Shown: positions 30,468 to 42,021, counted from the stretch's first letter. The stretch: DNA of 64,000 nucleotides from Rhodocyclaceae bacterium (GCA_029982755.1 JARRBR010000001.1:17093-81092); one strand, 5' to 3'. Numbers and translations are program-made. Notes: generated by a model from the letters alone, not told the origin.

Positions 30468-30668
30468 TCACCAGTGCGGCGGGAGCTCGTCTTCCGGGCG
30501 CAGCGGATTGCCCGGCTGGATGGTCTTCACCTGCTGTGCCAGTTGCCGCAGCTGCTCACGCAGCACGTCGAGCTCCTGCTGCTGCCGCCACACCGTGCGA
30601 TTGAGCTCGTCGAGCAGGTCCTCGGCGGCCATCAGCTTGGTCTCGAGGGTGACGATGCGGTCTTCCAT
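30468..30668 (-). CDS. slyX: SlyX family protein
   Basis: MEDRIVTLETKL...LDELN...QQ...DELPPHW. Confidence 0.88.
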   Translation of the reverse strand: MEDRIVTLETKLMAAEDLLDELNRTVWRQQQELDVLREQLRQLAQQVKTIQPGNPLRPEDELPPHW

Positions 30669-30739
30669 GGGCGGGATTCCTGTGCCTGTTGGGTGGTCTG
30701 GAGCGGGATCGCTGCCGGCTGCAAGCGCGGCGGCGGATT

Positions 30740-31840
30740 CTAGCCTGACGCCGCGTCCTGGCGCGCCAGCGCCCACGCCACGTGCTCGCGCACTAGCGCG
30801 CTCTCGTCCCCGGCGCGCGCCAGCAGGGCCGCGCGCACGGCGGCCGAAGGCGGGGCGTTGCCCAGCGCCACCGCGATGTTGCGCAGCCAGCGCTCATGGC
30901 CGATGCGGTAGATCGGACTGCCGGCGGTGCGCTCGGCGAACTCGGCCGCGGTCCACGCGAACAGGTCGATCAGGCGCGCACTGTCGAGGCCGTGGCGCGG
31001 GGCGAAATCCGGCTCGCGGCCGAGCTGCGCGAAGCGGTTCCACGGGCACACCAGCTGGCAGTCGTCGCAGCCGTAGATGCGATTCCCGAGGAGCGGGCGC
31101 AGCTCGAGCGGAATCGGGCCGTGCAGCTCGATCGTCAGGTAGGAGATGCAGCGTCGCGCGTCCAACTGGTAGGGCGCGACGATGGCGCCGGTGGGACAGG
31201 CGTCGATGCAGGCGGTGCAGCGTCCGCAATGCGGCTCGAGCGGCGCATCGACCGGCAGCGGCAGGTCGGTGAGGATCTCGCCAAGGAAGAACCACGAGCC
31301 CGCCGCGCGGTCGAGCAGCAGCGTGTGCTTGCCGCGCCAGCCCAGGCCCTTGCGGCTGGCGTGCTCGACCTCCAGCACCGGCGCCGAGTCGGTGAACACG
31401 CGGTATTGATGGGGGACCTCGGCGGCGATGCGCTCGGCCAGCTTCTGCAGCCGGTTGCGCAGCACCTTGTGGTAGTCGCGTCCGAGCGCATAGCGCGAGA
31501 CGTAGCCGAGCGCCGGATCGTCGAGCACGGCGCCGGCCGGCGCCGCATCCGGCCAGTAGCCCATGCGGGCGCTGATCACCCGCAGCGTGCCCGGCACCAG
31601 CTCGTCGGCGCGGGCGCGCTTCATGCCGTGGCGCGCCATATAATCCATGTCCCCGTGAAACCCGGCTTCGAGCCAGGCAGCCAGGCCCGGCTCGGCATCC
31701 GCGAGCTCGATTCCGCCCACGCCGACGGCATCGAAGCCGAGTTCCCGCCCCCACTGTCTGATCCGCGCAACAAGGCCTTCGCCATCGACGAGCGGCCTGT
31801 CCGCCCCCTGCGCCACGCGGTTTTCCGGGTCCGACGCCAT
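30740..31840 (-). CDS. queG: Epoxyqueuosine reductase
   Basis: SRYALGRDYH, DSAPVLE, CGRCTACIDACPT and YGCDDCQLVCPWN motifs. Confidence 0.94.
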   Translation of the reverse strand: MASDPENRVAQGADRPLVDGEGLVARIRQWGRELGFDAVGVGGIELADAEPGLAAWLEAGFHGDMDYMARHGMKRARADELVPGTLRVISARMGYWPDAAPAGAVLDDPALGYVSRYALGRDYHKVLRNRLQKLAERIAAEVPHQYRVFTDSAPVLEVEHASRKGLGWRGKHTLLLDRAAGSWFFLGEILTDLPLPVDAPLEPHCGRCTACIDACPTGAIVAPYQLDARRCISYLTIELHGPIPLELRPLLGNRIYGCDDCQLVCPWNRFAQLGREPDFAPRHGLDSARLIDLFAWTAAEFAERTAGSPIYRIGHERWLRNIAVALGNAPPSAAVRAALLARAGDESALVREHVAWALARQDAASG

Positions 31841-31855
31841 CTGCTGGAGCATCCC

Positions 31856-32386
31856 ATGATCGAATTGATTCAAGCCGCCGATGATAGCGGCGCCCGCCTG
31901 CAGGCGCACTTGGCGGACGAAAAGGACACGGAAACGCTGGGAACGACGCTGGCCGCGGTGCTCAGCCCGGGGCTGCGCATCTGGCTGCAGGGCAACCTCG
32001 GCATGGGCAAGACCACGCTCACCCGCGGCGTGCTTCGTGGCCTGGGTCACGAAGGCAAGGTGAAAAGTCCGACCTACACCTTGATTGAACCTTACGTCGT
32101 TTCTAGATTAGACTTATATCACTTTGATTTTTATCGCTTCAATTCGCCCGAAGAATACCTGGACGCAGGACTGGACGAATACTTCGCCGGTGAAGGCGTA
32201 TGCATCGTGGAGTGGCCCGACAAGGCGCTGCCCTATCTGCCTTCCCCCGACGTCGAGATTCGCCTCGAAGCCAGTGAAAACGGGCGGTTTGTGGAGATCG
32301 GCGGGAATACGGAAGCGGGGCGGACATGCGTGATCGGACTGGTGAAAGCATTACGGAGCGCGAACCCGGCGCCCAAGGCGATCTGA
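31856..32386 (+). CDS. tsaE: tRNA t6A biosynthesis ATPase
   Basis: GNLGMGKTT P-loop; VKSPTYTL, HFDFYR and IVEWP. Confidence 0.94.
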   Translation: MIELIQAADDSGARLQAHLADEKDTETLGTTLAAVLSPGLRIWLQGNLGMGKTTLTRGVLRGLGHEGKVKSPTYTLIEPYVVSRLDLYHFDFYRFNSPEEYLDAGLDEYFAGEGVCIVEWPDKALPYLPSPDVEIRLEASENGRFVEIGGNTEAGRTCVIGLVKALRSANPAPKAI

Positions 32387-33708
32387 ATCCCCTCGAAGGC
32401 GCGCACGCGCCGCAGGGCGCGCCGCGCCTCAATCGTCGCCGCCTGCTCAAGTTCGCCGGCGCCTCGCTCGCGCTGATGGTGAGCCCGATCGGCCATGCGG
32501 CCTCGGCGAGCCTGGTCGCAGTGCGCGTGTGGCCCTCGCCCGAGTACACCCGCATCACCCTAGAAGGCGCGTCGCAGCTGCGTTTCAGCCACATGCTGGT
32601 GCAGGACCCGGACCGCCTCGTGGTCGACCTCGAGGGGGTCGAGCTCAACAGCGTGCTCGAGTCCCTGCCCTCCAAGGTCCTCGACAGCGACCCCTACATC
32701 CGCCTGATCCGCGCCGGCCAGAACCGTCCGGGCGTGGTCCGCGTGGTGGTGGAACTGAAGTCGGTGGTGAATCCGCAGGTCTTCACGCTCGCCCCGGTCG
32801 GCGACTACGGTCATCGCCTGGTGCTCGACCTGCACCCGACCGTCGAGCACGATCCGCTGATGGCGCTGATCATGAAGGACTCGCCGATGGACGCCGCGAT
32901 GGGCGACGACGGCAAGGAAACGACGACCGTCGCCCGCACCCAGCCCAACCAGCCGGCGCCGCGTGAACGGCGCAAGGAGCAGGCGGTCAATCGCCTCTAC
33001 ACGGTGGTGCTCGATGCCGGCCACGGCGGCGAGGACCCGGGCGCGATCGGCCGTGGCGGCAGCTACGAGAAGAACGTCACGCTGTCGATCGCCCAACGCC
33101 TCAAGCGCAAGATCGATGCCGAGCCCGGCATGCGCGCCGTGCTGACCCGCGACGGCGACTATTTCGTGCCGCTGCACCAGCGCGTCACCCGCGCACGCCG
33201 GGTGCGCGCCGACCTGTTCGTGTCGATCCACGCCGACGCCTTCGTCCGCCCGGAAGCCAACGGCAGCTCGGTGTATGTGCTGTCCGAACGCGGCGCATCC
33301 AGCTCCGCCGCACGCTGGCTGGCGCAGAAGGAGAACGACGCCGACCTGGTCGGCGGCGTCAATCTGGCACGCCAGGACGGCCACATTGCCCGCACCCTGC
33401 TCGACCTGTCGCAGACCGCCACCATCAACGACAGTTTCAAGCTCGGTCGCGCGATGCTCGGCGAACTCGGCAGCATCAACCGCCTGCACAAACCCGAGGT
33501 CGAACAGGCCGGCTTCGCCGTGCTGCGCGCGCCCGACATCCCCTCGGTGCTGGTCGAGACCGCCTTCATCAGCAATCCCCAGGAAGAGCGCCGGCTCAAC
33601 GACGAGGCCTACCAGGACAAGATGGCCACCGCGCTGATGCGCGGCATCAAGCGCTACTTCCAGGAGCACGCACCGTCGGCCCCGACCCGGGTGGCACGCC
33701 TGGACTGA
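32326..33708 (+). CDS. amiC: N-acetylmuramoyl-L-alanine amidase (Tat-exported, AMIN plus Amidase_3)
   Basis: NRRRLLK Tat motif; LDAGHGGEDPGA, FVSIHAD and LVETAFISN. Confidence 0.9.
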   Translation: MRDRTGESITEREPGAQGDLNPLEGAHAPQGAPRLNRRRLLKFAGASLALMVSPIGHAASASLVAVRVWPSPEYTRITLEGASQLRFSHMLVQDPDRLVVDLEGVELNSVLESLPSKVLDSDPYIRLIRAGQNRPGVVRVVVELKSVVNPQVFTLAPVGDYGHRLVLDLHPTVEHDPLMALIMKDSPMDAAMGDDGKETTTVARTQPNQPAPRERRKEQAVNRLYTVVLDAGHGGEDPGAIGRGGSYEKNVTLSIAQRLKRKIDAEPGMRAVLTRDGDYFVPLHQRVTRARRVRADLFVSIHADAFVRPEANGSSVYVLSERGASSSAARWLAQKENDADLVGGVNLARQDGHIARTLLDLSQTATINDSFKLGRAMLGELGSINRLHKPEVEQAGFAVLRAPDIPSVLVETAFISNPQEERRLNDEAYQDKMATALMRGIKRYFQEHAPSAPTRVARLD

Positions 33709-33735
33709 AGCCCGCGCAGCGCCGAAGCCATCGTG

Positions 33736-33759
33736 CAAAGCCCGCAGATGCGGGCTTTG
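33736..33759 (+). terminator. Hairpin after amiC, adjacent to the TATAAT of ribF
   Basis: CAAAGCCCGCA-ga-TGCGGGCTTTG. Confidence 0.55.
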
Positions 33760-33789
33760 TCGCTATAATTGCGGCTTTTTCAGGCGCTT

Positions 33790-34734
33790 ATGCAGGTTCA
33801 CCGCGGGATTCCCGAGCACGCCGACACGGCTGCGGTGCTCACCATCGGCAACTTCGATGGCGTGCATCTCGGCCACCAGGCGCTGCTTTCGCTGCTGACC
33901 GGAAAGGCCCGCGCACTCGGCCTGCCGGCGGTGGTGCTCACCTTCGAGCCGCACCCGCGCGAATACTTCAGCCCTGCCGACGCCCCCGCCCGCCTGGCCT
34001 CGCTGCGCGAAAAGCTGCTGCTGCTCGACGCTGCCGGCGTGGACCGTACCTACATCTGCCGCTTCAACGCCCGCCTGGCCGCACAGACGGCGGAAAGCTT
34101 CATCACCGACACCCTGGTGCGCGGATTGCAGGTGCGCCACCTGTTCGTCGGCGACGACTTCTGCTTCGGCGCACGCCGCCAGGGCAATTTCCGGATGCTG
34201 CGCGCCGCCGGCGAGCAGCACGGCTTCGGCGTGGAGTCGATGCCGACCCTGGACGTCGAGGGCGAGCGCGTCTCGAGCTCGGCAGTGCGCCAGGCGCTGG
34301 CCGAGGCCGACCTCGCCCACGCCGCGCGCCTGCTCGGCCGCCCCTACAGCATCGCCGGCCGCGTCTGCCACGGCGACAAGATCGGCCGCCAGCTCGGTTT
34401 CCCGACCGCCAACATCCAGATGAAGCATCGCCGCCCGGCACTGACCGGCGTCTATGCGGTCAGCGTCGAAGGCCTGGCCGGGCGCCGCGTGACCGGCGTC
34501 GCCAACATCGGCGTGCGCCCGACCGCCACCGCGCGCGGCCGCGCCCGCCTCGAAGTCCATCTCTTCGACTGGACGCAAAGCTGCTACGGTGCGCACATCC
34601 GCGTGCATTTCCTGCACAAGCTGCGCGAGGAGCGCAAGTTCGAGTCGCTCGACGCGCTGCGCGCCCAGATCGCGCGCGATGCGCAGGTCGCGCGCGACTG
34701 GTTCGCCGCACACCCTGATTCCGAATCCGCCTGA
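33790..34734 (+). CDS. ribF: Bifunctional riboflavin kinase/FAD synthetase
   Basis: IGNFDGVHLGH, VGDDFCFG, VSSSAVR, LGFPTANI and LEVHLFD. Confidence 0.96.
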   Translation: MQVHRGIPEHADTAAVLTIGNFDGVHLGHQALLSLLTGKARALGLPAVVLTFEPHPREYFSPADAPARLASLREKLLLLDAAGVDRTYICRFNARLAAQTAESFITDTLVRGLQVRHLFVGDDFCFGARRQGNFRMLRAAGEQHGFGVESMPTLDVEGERVSSSAVRQALAEADLAHAARLLGRPYSIAGRVCHGDKIGRQLGFPTANIQMKHRRPALTGVYAVSVEGLAGRRVTGVANIGVRPTATARGRARLEVHLFDWTQSCYGAHIRVHFLHKLREERKFESLDALRAQIARDAQVARDWFAAHPDSESA

Positions 34735-34791
34735 TCCTGCGCAGGCCCGCCCACCCGAATCGTACCGACCCAACCGACACCCGACTTCGCC

Positions 34792-37608
34792 ATGGCCGAC
34801 TACCGCAAGACGCTCAACCTGCCCGACACCCCGTTCCCGATGCGCGGGGACCTGCCCAAGCGCGAGCCGAACTGGATCGCCGACTGGCAACAGAAGAAGC
34901 TCTACCAGCGCATCCGCAAGGCCAGTGCCGGCCGGCCCAAGTTCGTCCTCCACGACGGCCCGCCCTACGCCAACGGCAGCCTGCACATCGGCCATGCGCT
35001 GAACAAGATCCTCAAGGACATCATCGTGCGCTCGAAGACGCTGGCCGGCTTCGACGCCCCCTACGTGCCGGGCTGGGACTGCCACGGCCTGCCGATCGAG
35101 CACAAGGTCGAGGTCACCCACGGCAAGAATCTGCCCGCGGACAAGGTGCGCGAACTGTGCCGCGCCTACGCCGCCGAGCAGATCGAGATCCAGAAAGCCG
35201 ACTTCATCAGGCTCGGCGTGCTCGGCGACTGGGACAACCCCTACCGCACGATGGACTTCGCCAACGAGGCGAACGAGATCCGCGCGCTGGCCGAGATGAC
35301 CAGGAACGGCTACGTGTTCAAGGGCCTGAAGCCGGTGAACTGGTGCTTCGACTGCGGCTCGGCGCTCGCCGAGGCCGAGGTGGAGTATGCGGACAAGCCG
35401 TCGCCGACCATCGACGTCGCCTTCCCGGTATCGGACGCGCATTCCGACCAGCTCGCCGCCGCCTTCGGCCTGGCCAGGCTCGACAAGCCTGCCGCCGCGG
35501 TGATCTGGACCACCACCCCGTGGACCATTCCCGCCAACCAGGCGCTCAACGCCCACCCCGAGTTCGACTACGCGCTGGTGGACACGGGCGATCGCCTGCT
35601 CGTGCTCGCCAAGGATCTGGTCGCCAGCGCGCTGGAGCGCTTCAAGCTCGAAGGCCACATCGTCGCCACCACCAAGGGCGCGGCCCTCGAGCGCATCGAG
35701 TTCCGCCATCCCTTCTACGATCGCGTCTCGCCGGTATACCTCGCCGACTACGTCGGCATCGACGCCGGCACCGGCATCGTGCATTCGTCTCCCGCGCACG
35801 GCGTGGACGACTTCAACGCCTGGCGCGCCTACGGCCGCAGCAACGAGGAGATCCTGTCGCTGGTGATGGGCGGCGGCGAGTACGTGCCCGACCTGCCCTT
35901 CTTCGGCGGCATGAACATCTGGAAGGCCAACCCGGCCATCGTCGACAAGCTCGCCGAGGTCGGCGCCCTGCTCTCGCACGGCAAGATCACCCACAGCTAC
36001 ATGCACTGCTGGCGCCACAAGACGCCGCTGGTCTATCGCGCCACCGCGCAGTGGTTCGTCGGCATGGACAAGGTCGCAGCCGATGGCTCCACGCTGCGCG
36101 AGCGCGCGCTGCGCGCAGTCGAGGCGACCAAGTTCTACCCCGCCTGGGGCCAGGCGCGCCTGCACGCGATGATCGCCAACCGCCCCGACTGGTGCATCTC
36201 GCGCCAGCGCAACTGGGGCGTGCCGATCCCCTTCTTCCTGCACAAGGAGACCGGCGAGCTGCATCCGCGCACCGTCGAGCTGATGGAGGAAGTCGCGCTG
36301 CGCGTGGAGAAGGAAGGCATCGAGGCCTGGTTCAAGCTCGACGCCGCTGAACTGCTCGGCGCCGAGGCCGCCCAGTACGACAAGATCAGCGACACGCTGG
36401 ATGTCTGGTTCGACTCCGGCACCACGCACAAGCACGTGCTGCGCGGCTCGCACAACGACGGCCACCCGGAAGGCCCGCGTGCCGACATGTACCTGGAAGG
36501 GTCCGACCAGCACCGCGGCTGGTTCCACTCCTCGCTCCTGACCGGCTGCGCGATCGATGGCCACGCGCCCTACCGCAGCCTGCTCACCCACGGCTTCGCA
36601 GTAGATGGCGCCGGACGCAAGATGAGCAAGTCGCTCGGCAACGTGGTGGTGCCGCAGGAAGTCACCGGCAAGCTCGGCGCCGAGATCCTGCGCCTGTGGG
36701 TGGCGTCCACCGATTACTCGGGCGAGCTGTCGATCTCCAAGGAGATCCTCGACCGCGTGGTCGAGGTGTATCGCCGCGTACGCAACACCTTGCGCTTCCT
36801 GCTCGCCAACACCGCCGACTTCGACATCGCCCGCGATGCCGTGCCGCTCGAACAGTGGATGGACCTCGACCGCTACGCGCTCGCCTTCACCCGCCAGATG
36901 GCGCTGCAGGCCGAGGCCGACTACGCGAAGATGGAGTTCCACCGCGTGGTGCAGGCGCTGCAGGTATTCTGCGCCGAGGACCTGGGCGCCTTCTACCTCG
37001 ACATCCTCAAGGACCGCCTGTACACCACCGCCGCCGGCAGCCTGCCGCGCCGCGCCGCCCAGACCGCTCTGTGGCACATCACCCAGACGCTGCTCAAGCT
37101 GATGGCGCCGATCCTGTCCTTCACCGCCGAGGAGGCCTGGGCCATCCTGAACCCGGCTAAGGCTGGGGAAGAACCCGACAGCGTGATGCTGCACACCTTC
37201 CACGCCCTGCCCGCGCAGGAGGGTGAGGCCGGCCTGATCGCACGCTGGGAGATCATCCGCGCGGTGCGAGCCGAGGGCCTCAAGGTCATCGAGGCGCTGC
37301 GCACCGAAGGCAAGGTCGGTGCCTCGCTGCAGGCCGAGCTCGCGCTCGCGCTCACCGCCGACAAGTTCGCTGCCATGGCGAGCCTTGGCGAGGATCTGCG
37401 CTTCGTCACCATGACCTCGGCGGCCGTGCTCAGCGAAGTAGCGAGCGTCGAGGACGAGCGCATCGTCGCCACTCCGAGCACGGCGCAGAAGTGCGAGCGC
37501 TGCTGGCACTACGTGGAAACGGTCGGCAGCCACGCCGAGCACCCGACACTGTGCGGACGCTGCGTGAGCAACCTGTTCGGCGATGGCGAAACCCGTGTCC
37601 ATGCCTGA
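34792..37608 (+). CDS. ileS: Isoleucine--tRNA ligase
   Basis: [13 protein letters not shown] and KMSKS motifs; C-terminal CERCW...CGRC zinc finger. Confidence 0.98.
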   Translation: MADYRKTLNLPDTPFPMRGDLPKREPNWIADWQQKKLYQRIRKASAGRPKFVLHDGPPYANGSLHIGHALNKILKDIIVRSKTLAGFDAPYVPGWDCHGLPIEHKVEVTHGKNLPADKVRELCRAYAAEQIEIQKADFIRLGVLGDWDNPYRTMDFANEANEIRALAEMTRNGYVFKGLKPVNWCFDCGSALAEAEVEYADKPSPTIDVAFPVSDAHSDQLAAAFGLARLDKPAAAVIWTTTPWTIPANQALNAHPEFDYALVDTGDRLLVLAKDLVASALERFKLEGHIVATTKGAALERIEFRHPFYDRVSPVYLADYVGIDAGTGIVHSSPAHGVDDFNAWRAYGRSNEEILSLVMGGGEYVPDLPFFGGMNIWKANPAIVDKLAEVGALLSHGKITHSYMHCWRHKTPLVYRATAQWFVGMDKVAADGSTLRERALRAVEATKFYPAWGQARLHAMIANRPDWCISRQRNWGVPIPFFLHKETGELHPRTVELMEEVALRVEKEGIEAWFKLDAAELLGAEAAQYDKISDTLDVWFDSGTTHKHVLRGSHNDGHPEGPRADMYLEGSDQHRGWFHSSLLTGCAIDGHAPYRSLLTHGFAVDGAGRKMSKSLGNVVVPQEVTGKLGAEILRLWVASTDYSGELSISKEILDRVVEVYRRVRNTLRFLLANTADFDIARDAVPLEQWMDLDRYALAFTRQMALQAEADYAKMEFHRVVQALQVFCAEDLGAFYLDILKDRLYTTAAGSLPRRAAQTALWHITQTLLKLMAPILSFTAEEAWAILNPAKAGEEPDSVMLHTFHALPAQEGEAGLIARWEIIRAVRAEGLKVIEALRTEGKVGASLQAELALALTADKFAAMASLGEDLRFVTMTSAAVLSEVASVEDERIVATPSTAQKCERCWHYVETVGSHAEHPTLCGRCVSNLFGDGETRVHA

Positions 37609-38128
37609 GGCGGCCGGCACGATGCGTTCTCCTGCGCCGCGCAGTGCGCTGTCGCTGATGCTGCCGTGGCTGATCCTGGCCGCGGTGATCGGCGTGCTCG
37701 ACCAGATCACCAAGCAGCTGGTGCTGGCGAACCTGCACCATGGCCAGGTGATTCCGGTCACGAGCTTCTTCGACCTGGTGCTGGTGTTCAACACCGGCGC
37801 GGCGTTCAGCTTCCTCGCCGAGCACGGTGGCTGGCAGCGCTGGTTCTTCACCGTGCTGGCGCTCGGCATCAGCGGCTGGCTGCTCACGCTGATGCACCAC
37901 CACCGCCACGAGAAGCTGCTGCCGGCCGCCTTCGCGCTGATCATCGGCGGCGCGCTCGGCAACGTCTATGACCGCCTGGTGCACGGCGCCGTGGTGGACT
38001 TCCTGCACTTCCATCACGCCGGCTGGAGCTGGCCGGCGTTCAACCTGGCCGACTCGGCCATCACCGTGGGCGTCGTGCTGATGCTTTGGGGCCAGATCTT
38101 CGGCACCGCCAGCAAGAACCAGCCCTGA
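37601..38128 (+). CDS. lspA: Lipoprotein signal peptidase
   Basis: [25 protein letters not shown] and FNLAD motifs. Confidence 0.95.
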   Translation: MPEAAGTMRSPAPRSALSLMLPWLILAAVIGVLDQITKQLVLANLHHGQVIPVTSFFDLVLVFNTGAAFSFLAEHGGWQRWFFTVLALGISGWLLTLMHHHRHEKLLPAAFALIIGGALGNVYDRLVHGAVVDFLHFHHAGWSWPAFNLADSAITVGVVLMLWGQIFGTASKNQP

Positions 38129-38142
38129 CCGGGAGCACCATC

Positions 38143-38571
38143 TTGAGCGACGCGATCCAGGCCAACAGCCTCGTGACCCTGCATTACCGCATCTCGCTGC
38201 CGAGCGGCCAGCCGCTGATCAGCACCTTCAACGCCACCCCCGCCACGCTGCAGCTCGGCGCCGGCGAAATGCTGCCGGCGATGGAGAAGCTGCTGATCGG
38301 GCTGATGCCCGGCACCCACCACGTCTTCGAACTCGCGGCCGAGGAAGCCTTCGGCCCCTATCGCGAGGAACTGGTCGAGCGCGTCAAGCGCGAACACATG
38401 CCGGACGAGGAGATCGAGCCGATGAGCATCATGGAGTTCACCGCGCCCGACGGCTCGCGCTACTCTGGTCTCGTGCGCGAGATCGACGCACAGTCGGCGC
38501 TGATCGACTTCAACCACCCCCTCGCCGGCAAGGCGATCCGCTTCGAGGTGCAGGTGATCGGGATCTCCTGA
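38143..38571 (+). CDS. fkpB: FKBP-type peptidyl-prolyl isomerase (SlpA)
   Basis: VTLHY...DFNHPLAGK; conserved position between lspA and ispH; TTG start inferred. Confidence 0.88.
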   Translation: MSDAIQANSLVTLHYRISLPSGQPLISTFNATPATLQLGAGEMLPAMEKLLIGLMPGTHHVFELAAEEAFGPYREELVERVKREHMPDEEIEPMSIMEFTAPDGSRYSGLVREIDAQSALIDFNHPLAGKAIRFEVQVIGIS

Positions 38572-38597
38572 GCACACGCGCCCCACAGAGACGAGAG

Positions 38598-39536
38598 ATG
38601 AACGACAAGGAAATCCTGCTCGCCAATCCGCGCGGCTTCTGCGCCGGCGTGGAGCGCGCGATCGAGATCGTCGAGCGCGCATTGCAGCGCTTCGGCGCGC
38701 CGATCTACGTGCGCCACGAGGTCGTGCACAACAAGTTCGTCGTGGACGACCTGCGCAACAAGGGCGCGATCTTCGTCGACGAGCTGGACGAGGTGCCCGC
38801 CGGCAACACGGTGATCTTCTCCGCCCACGGCGTCTCGCTGGCGGTGCGCGAGGAAGCCGAGCGCCGCCGGCTGCGCGTGTTCGACGCCACCTGCCCGCTT
38901 GTCACCAAGGTGCACATCGAGGTCGGCCGGATGCGCGAGCAGGGCCGCGAGATCATCATGATCGGTCACAAGGGCCACCCCGAGGTCGAGGGCACGATGG
39001 GCCAGGTCGACACCGGCATCCATCTGGTCGAGACGCCCGAGGACGTCGCCACGTTGCAGGTCGCCGACCCCGACAAGCTCGCCTACGTGACCCAGACCAC
39101 GCTGTCGGTGGATGACGCCGCCACCATCGTCGATGCCTTGCGTGCGCGCTTCCCAAGTATCGTCGGCCCGAAGAAGGACGACATCTGCTACGCGACGCAG
39201 AACCGCCAGGACGCGGTCAAGTTCATGACCCCGCACGCCGACGTGGTGTTCGTGGTGGGCTCGAAGAACAGCTCCAACTCCAACCGCCTGCGCGAGGTCG
39301 CCGAACTGCGCGGCGTGCCGGCCTACCTGGTCGACAACGCCGCCGGCATCGATCCGGCCTGGGTGGAAGGCAAGCGCCGCATCGGCGTCACCGCGGGCGC
39401 CTCGGCGCCGGAAGTGCTGGTGGAAGAAGTGATTGCGCGCCTGAAGGAACTCAGCGGCGGCCCGGTGCGCAACCTCGACGGCGTACCGGAGCGGGTGACC
39501 TTCCCGCTGCCGAAGGAGCTGCAGGACGTGCGCTGA
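38598..39536 (+). CDS. ispH: 4-hydroxy-3-methylbut-2-enyl diphosphate reductase
   Basis: [31 protein letters not shown] and TAGASAPE. Confidence 0.97.
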   Translation: MNDKEILLANPRGFCAGVERAIEIVERALQRFGAPIYVRHEVVHNKFVVDDLRNKGAIFVDELDEVPAGNTVIFSAHGVSLAVREEAERRRLRVFDATCPLVTKVHIEVGRMREQGREIIMIGHKGHPEVEGTMGQVDTGIHLVETPEDVATLQVADPDKLAYVTQTTLSVDDAATIVDALRARFPSIVGPKKDDICYATQNRQDAVKFMTPHADVVFVVGSKNSSNSNRLREVAELRGVPAYLVDNAAGIDPAWVEGKRRIGVTAGASAPEVLVEEVIARLKELSGGPVRNLDGVPERVTFPLPKELQDVR

Positions 39537-39565
39537 TCGGCGCGCTCGCGCCGGTCGTGCTGAAA

Positions 39566-39605
39566 GCAAAAACCCTCGCGGCCACGAGCGGCGAGGGTTT
39601 TTTGC
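39566..39605. terminator. Bidirectional intrinsic terminator between ispH and the Rieske gene
   Basis: AAAAACCCTCGC...GCGAGGGTTTTTT between convergent genes. Confidence 0.8.
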
Positions 39606-39626
39606 GTTATGCACAAGGATCCGGGC

Positions 39627-40733
39627 TCAGCCGCCGATGTGCGGCTCCATGATCCGCCGGTAGAACTCGTGGAAGTGCTGCATCCCGTCCTCGAACGGCG
39701 ACTGGTACGGGCCGACCTCGTTGCGACCTTCCTTCATCAGCGCCAGCCGCCCGCGGTCCATGCGCTCGGCGATGTCGTCGTCCTCGATCGCGGTTTCCAT
39801 GTACGCGGCCTGCTCGGCCTCGACGAACTCGCGTTCGAACTCGACGATGTCCTCGGGGTAGTAGAACTCGACCACGTTGGTGGTCTTGTTAACATCGGTC
39901 GGGATCAGCGTGCTCACCACCAGCACGTGCGGATACCACTCGACCATGATGTTCGGGTAGTAGGTGAGCCAGATCGCGCCGTGCTCGGGCTTCTTCTCGC
40001 CGTAGTAGTCGAGCACCGCCCGATGCCACTTGGCGTAGGTCGCCGAGCCCGGCTTGGCGAGCGAGGTAATGCCCACCTGCTGCACCGAGTACCAGTCGCC
40101 GAACTGCCAGGAGAGGTCGTCGCAGGTCACGAAGTTGCCCAGACCGGGGTGGAAGGGCACGACGTGGTAGTCCTCGAGATAGACCTCGATGAAGGTCTTC
40201 CAGTTGTAGTTGCACTGGTGGATCTCGACGCGGTCGAGCTTGTAGCCGCTGAAGTCGAGTTCCGGCGCCACCATCATGCCGGCGAGATCCGCGGTGGCCG
40301 AGCGCGGCCCCTTGAACAGCAGGCCGTTCCAGTTCTCGAGCGGGTCGCGCTTGAGGCCCAGACAGGGCCTCTCGGCGAAATGCGGCGCGCCGATCAGCGC
40401 ACCCTGCTGGTCGTAGGTCCAGCGGTGCACCGGGCACACCACGTGCTCGGTCGTGCCGCTGCCCTGCAGCATGATCGCCTGGCGATGGCGGCAGACGTTG
40501 GACAGCTGGTGCACGCCCGCGTCGGTGCGGAACAGCAGCTTGGAATGATCGAGCCACTCGAGCGAACGGTAGTTGCCGACCTCGGGCACCATCAGCTCGT
40601 GGCCGACGTACCCCGGGCCGGCATCGAAGAGGAGCTTCTTCTCCAGTTCGAAAACCTTTTCGTCGAAGTACCAGGAGACAGGCAGCTGGGAAGCGGCCTG
40701 GGCCAGTTGAGCCTTGGAAGCGATGTCGGACAT
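39627..40733 (-). CDS. Rieske non-heme iron oxygenase alpha subunit (choline monooxygenase-like; possible putrescine 2-hydroxylase)
   Basis: Rieske motif CRH...CPVH; mononuclear Fe site NWK...EDYHV..FH. Confidence 0.85.
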   Translation of the reverse strand: MSDIASKAQLAQAASQLPVSWYFDEKVFELEKKLLFDAGPGYVGHELMVPEVGNYRSLEWLDHSKLLFRTDAGVHQLSNVCRHRQAIMLQGSGTTEHVVCPVHRWTYDQQGALIGAPHFAERPCLGLKRDPLENWNGLLFKGPRSATADLAGMMVAPELDFSGYKLDRVEIHQCNYNWKTFIEVYLEDYHVVPFHPGLGNFVTCDDLSWQFGDWYSVQQVGITSLAKPGSATYAKWHRAVLDYYGEKKPEHGAIWLTYYPNIMVEWYPHVLVVSTLIPTDVNKTTNVVEFYYPEDIVEFEREFVEAEQAAYMETAIEDDDIAERMDRGRLALMKEGRNEVGPYQSPFEDGMQHFHEFYRRIMEPHIGG

Positions 40734-40858
40734 CCCCGAACCTCCTCTTGCGGACAAGAAATCCGGAAAAATAAACGAGTTAGTGTATGTCAGACCCCGT
40801 TTGACCGCCAGACCCGCATTCGGTTATTTTCCCGCTTTTGCCGCGCAGATATTCATCC

Positions 40859-41116
40859 ATGCCCAAGTCGGCAATCCCTCCCAAGACATTCGAAGCGGCG
40901 ATCTCCGAGCTCGAAGCCATCGTCCAGGAGATGGAGTCGGGCAACCTTCCGCTCGAAGACGCCCTCGCCCGCTACCAGCGCGGTGTAAACCTCCTGCGCC
41001 ATTGCCAGGCCACGCTGAGCGAGGCGGAGCAGCGCATCAAGGTGCTCGAGGGCGAAGCCCTGGTGGACCTCCCCGCCGACGACGACGGACGCGACCAAGA
41101 CAAGGCCGGCGCATGA
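40859..41116 (+). CDS. xseB: Exodeoxyribonuclease VII small subunit
   Basis: FEAAISELEAIVQEMESGNLPLEDAL..YQRG. Confidence 0.93.
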   Translation: MPKSAIPPKTFEAAISELEAIVQEMESGNLPLEDALARYQRGVNLLRHCQATLSEAEQRIKVLEGEALVDLPADDDGRDQDKAGA

Positions 41117-42021
41117 ACGACACCCGAACGCCCCTCTCCTTCACCGACTGGATGGCGCAGATCCAGCAGCGCACCGAGGCCGCCCTCGCCGGCGTGCTGC
41201 CCGAGCCCGCGATCGCGCCGCAGCGACTGCACGAGGCGATGCGCTACGCCGTGCTCGGCGGAGGCAAGCGCGTGCGCCCGCTGCTCGCGCACGCCGCCGG
41301 CGAGCTGGCCGGCGCCTCCCCGGCGGACGTCGACCGCGTCGCCTGTGCGGTCGAGCTGATCCACGCCTACTCGCTGGTGCACGACGACATGCCGTGCATG
41401 GACGACGATGTGCTGCGCCGCGGCAAACCGACCGTGCATGTCGAATACGACGAGGCCACCGCGCTGCTCGCCGGCGACGCCCTGCAGACGCTCGCCTTCC
41501 AGGTCCTGGCCGAGGCGCCGATCGGTACCGATCCCGCCGCCCAGCTAGCGATGGTCGCGCACCTGGCGGTGGCCTCCGGTTCGCGCGGCATGGCCGGTGG
41601 CCAGGCCATCGACCTCGCCTCGGTGGGACTGCAGTTGGGGCGCGAGGAACTCGAGTTCATGCACGTGCACAAGACCGGAGCGCTGATCCGTGCCGCGGTA
41701 CTGCTCGGCGCGCGCGCGGGGCAGGCGCTCGGCGCGGACGAACTGGCCCGTCTCGACCATTACGCCAAGGTGGTTGGACTGCTGTTCCAGGTCGTGGACG
41801 ACATCCTCGACGCCGCGGCCGACACCGCGACCCTCGGCAAGACCGCCGGCAAGGACGCCGAGAACGACAAGCCGACCTACGTCAGCCTCCTCGGCCTCGC
41901 CGACGCCCGCCAGCTGGCGGAGGACATGCTGGCCGACGCGAAGGCCACGCTGCGCCCCTTCGGCGCGCGCGCACTGCGCCTGGAACAGCTCGCCGACTAC
42001 GTCGTGCACCGCGCCTTCTGA
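41113..42021 (+). CDS. ispA: Farnesyl diphosphate synthase
   Basis: [26 protein letters not shown] and GKTAGKD. Confidence 0.94.
   Translation: MNDTRTPLSFTDWMAQIQQRTEAALAGVLPEPAIAPQRLHEAMRYAVLGGGKRVRPLLAHAAGELAGASPADVDRVACAVELIHAYSLVHDDMPCMDDDVLRRGKPTVHVEYDEATALLAGDALQTLAFQVLAEAPIGTDPAAQLAMVAHLAVASGSRGMAGGQAIDLASVGLQLGREELEFMHVHKTGALIRAAVLLGARAGQALGADELARLDHYAKVVGLLFQVVDDILDAAADTATLGKTAGKDAENDKPTYVSLLGLADARQLAEDMLADAKATLRPFGARALRLEQLADYVVHRAF

Noticed and set aside
33763-37962. Very long antisense or alternate-frame ORFs (e.g. 1399 aa here, 1005 aa at 41882-44899, 870 aa at 48058-50670)
   Set aside because: Shadows of well-supported genes in high-GC DNA, with no recognisable motifs.
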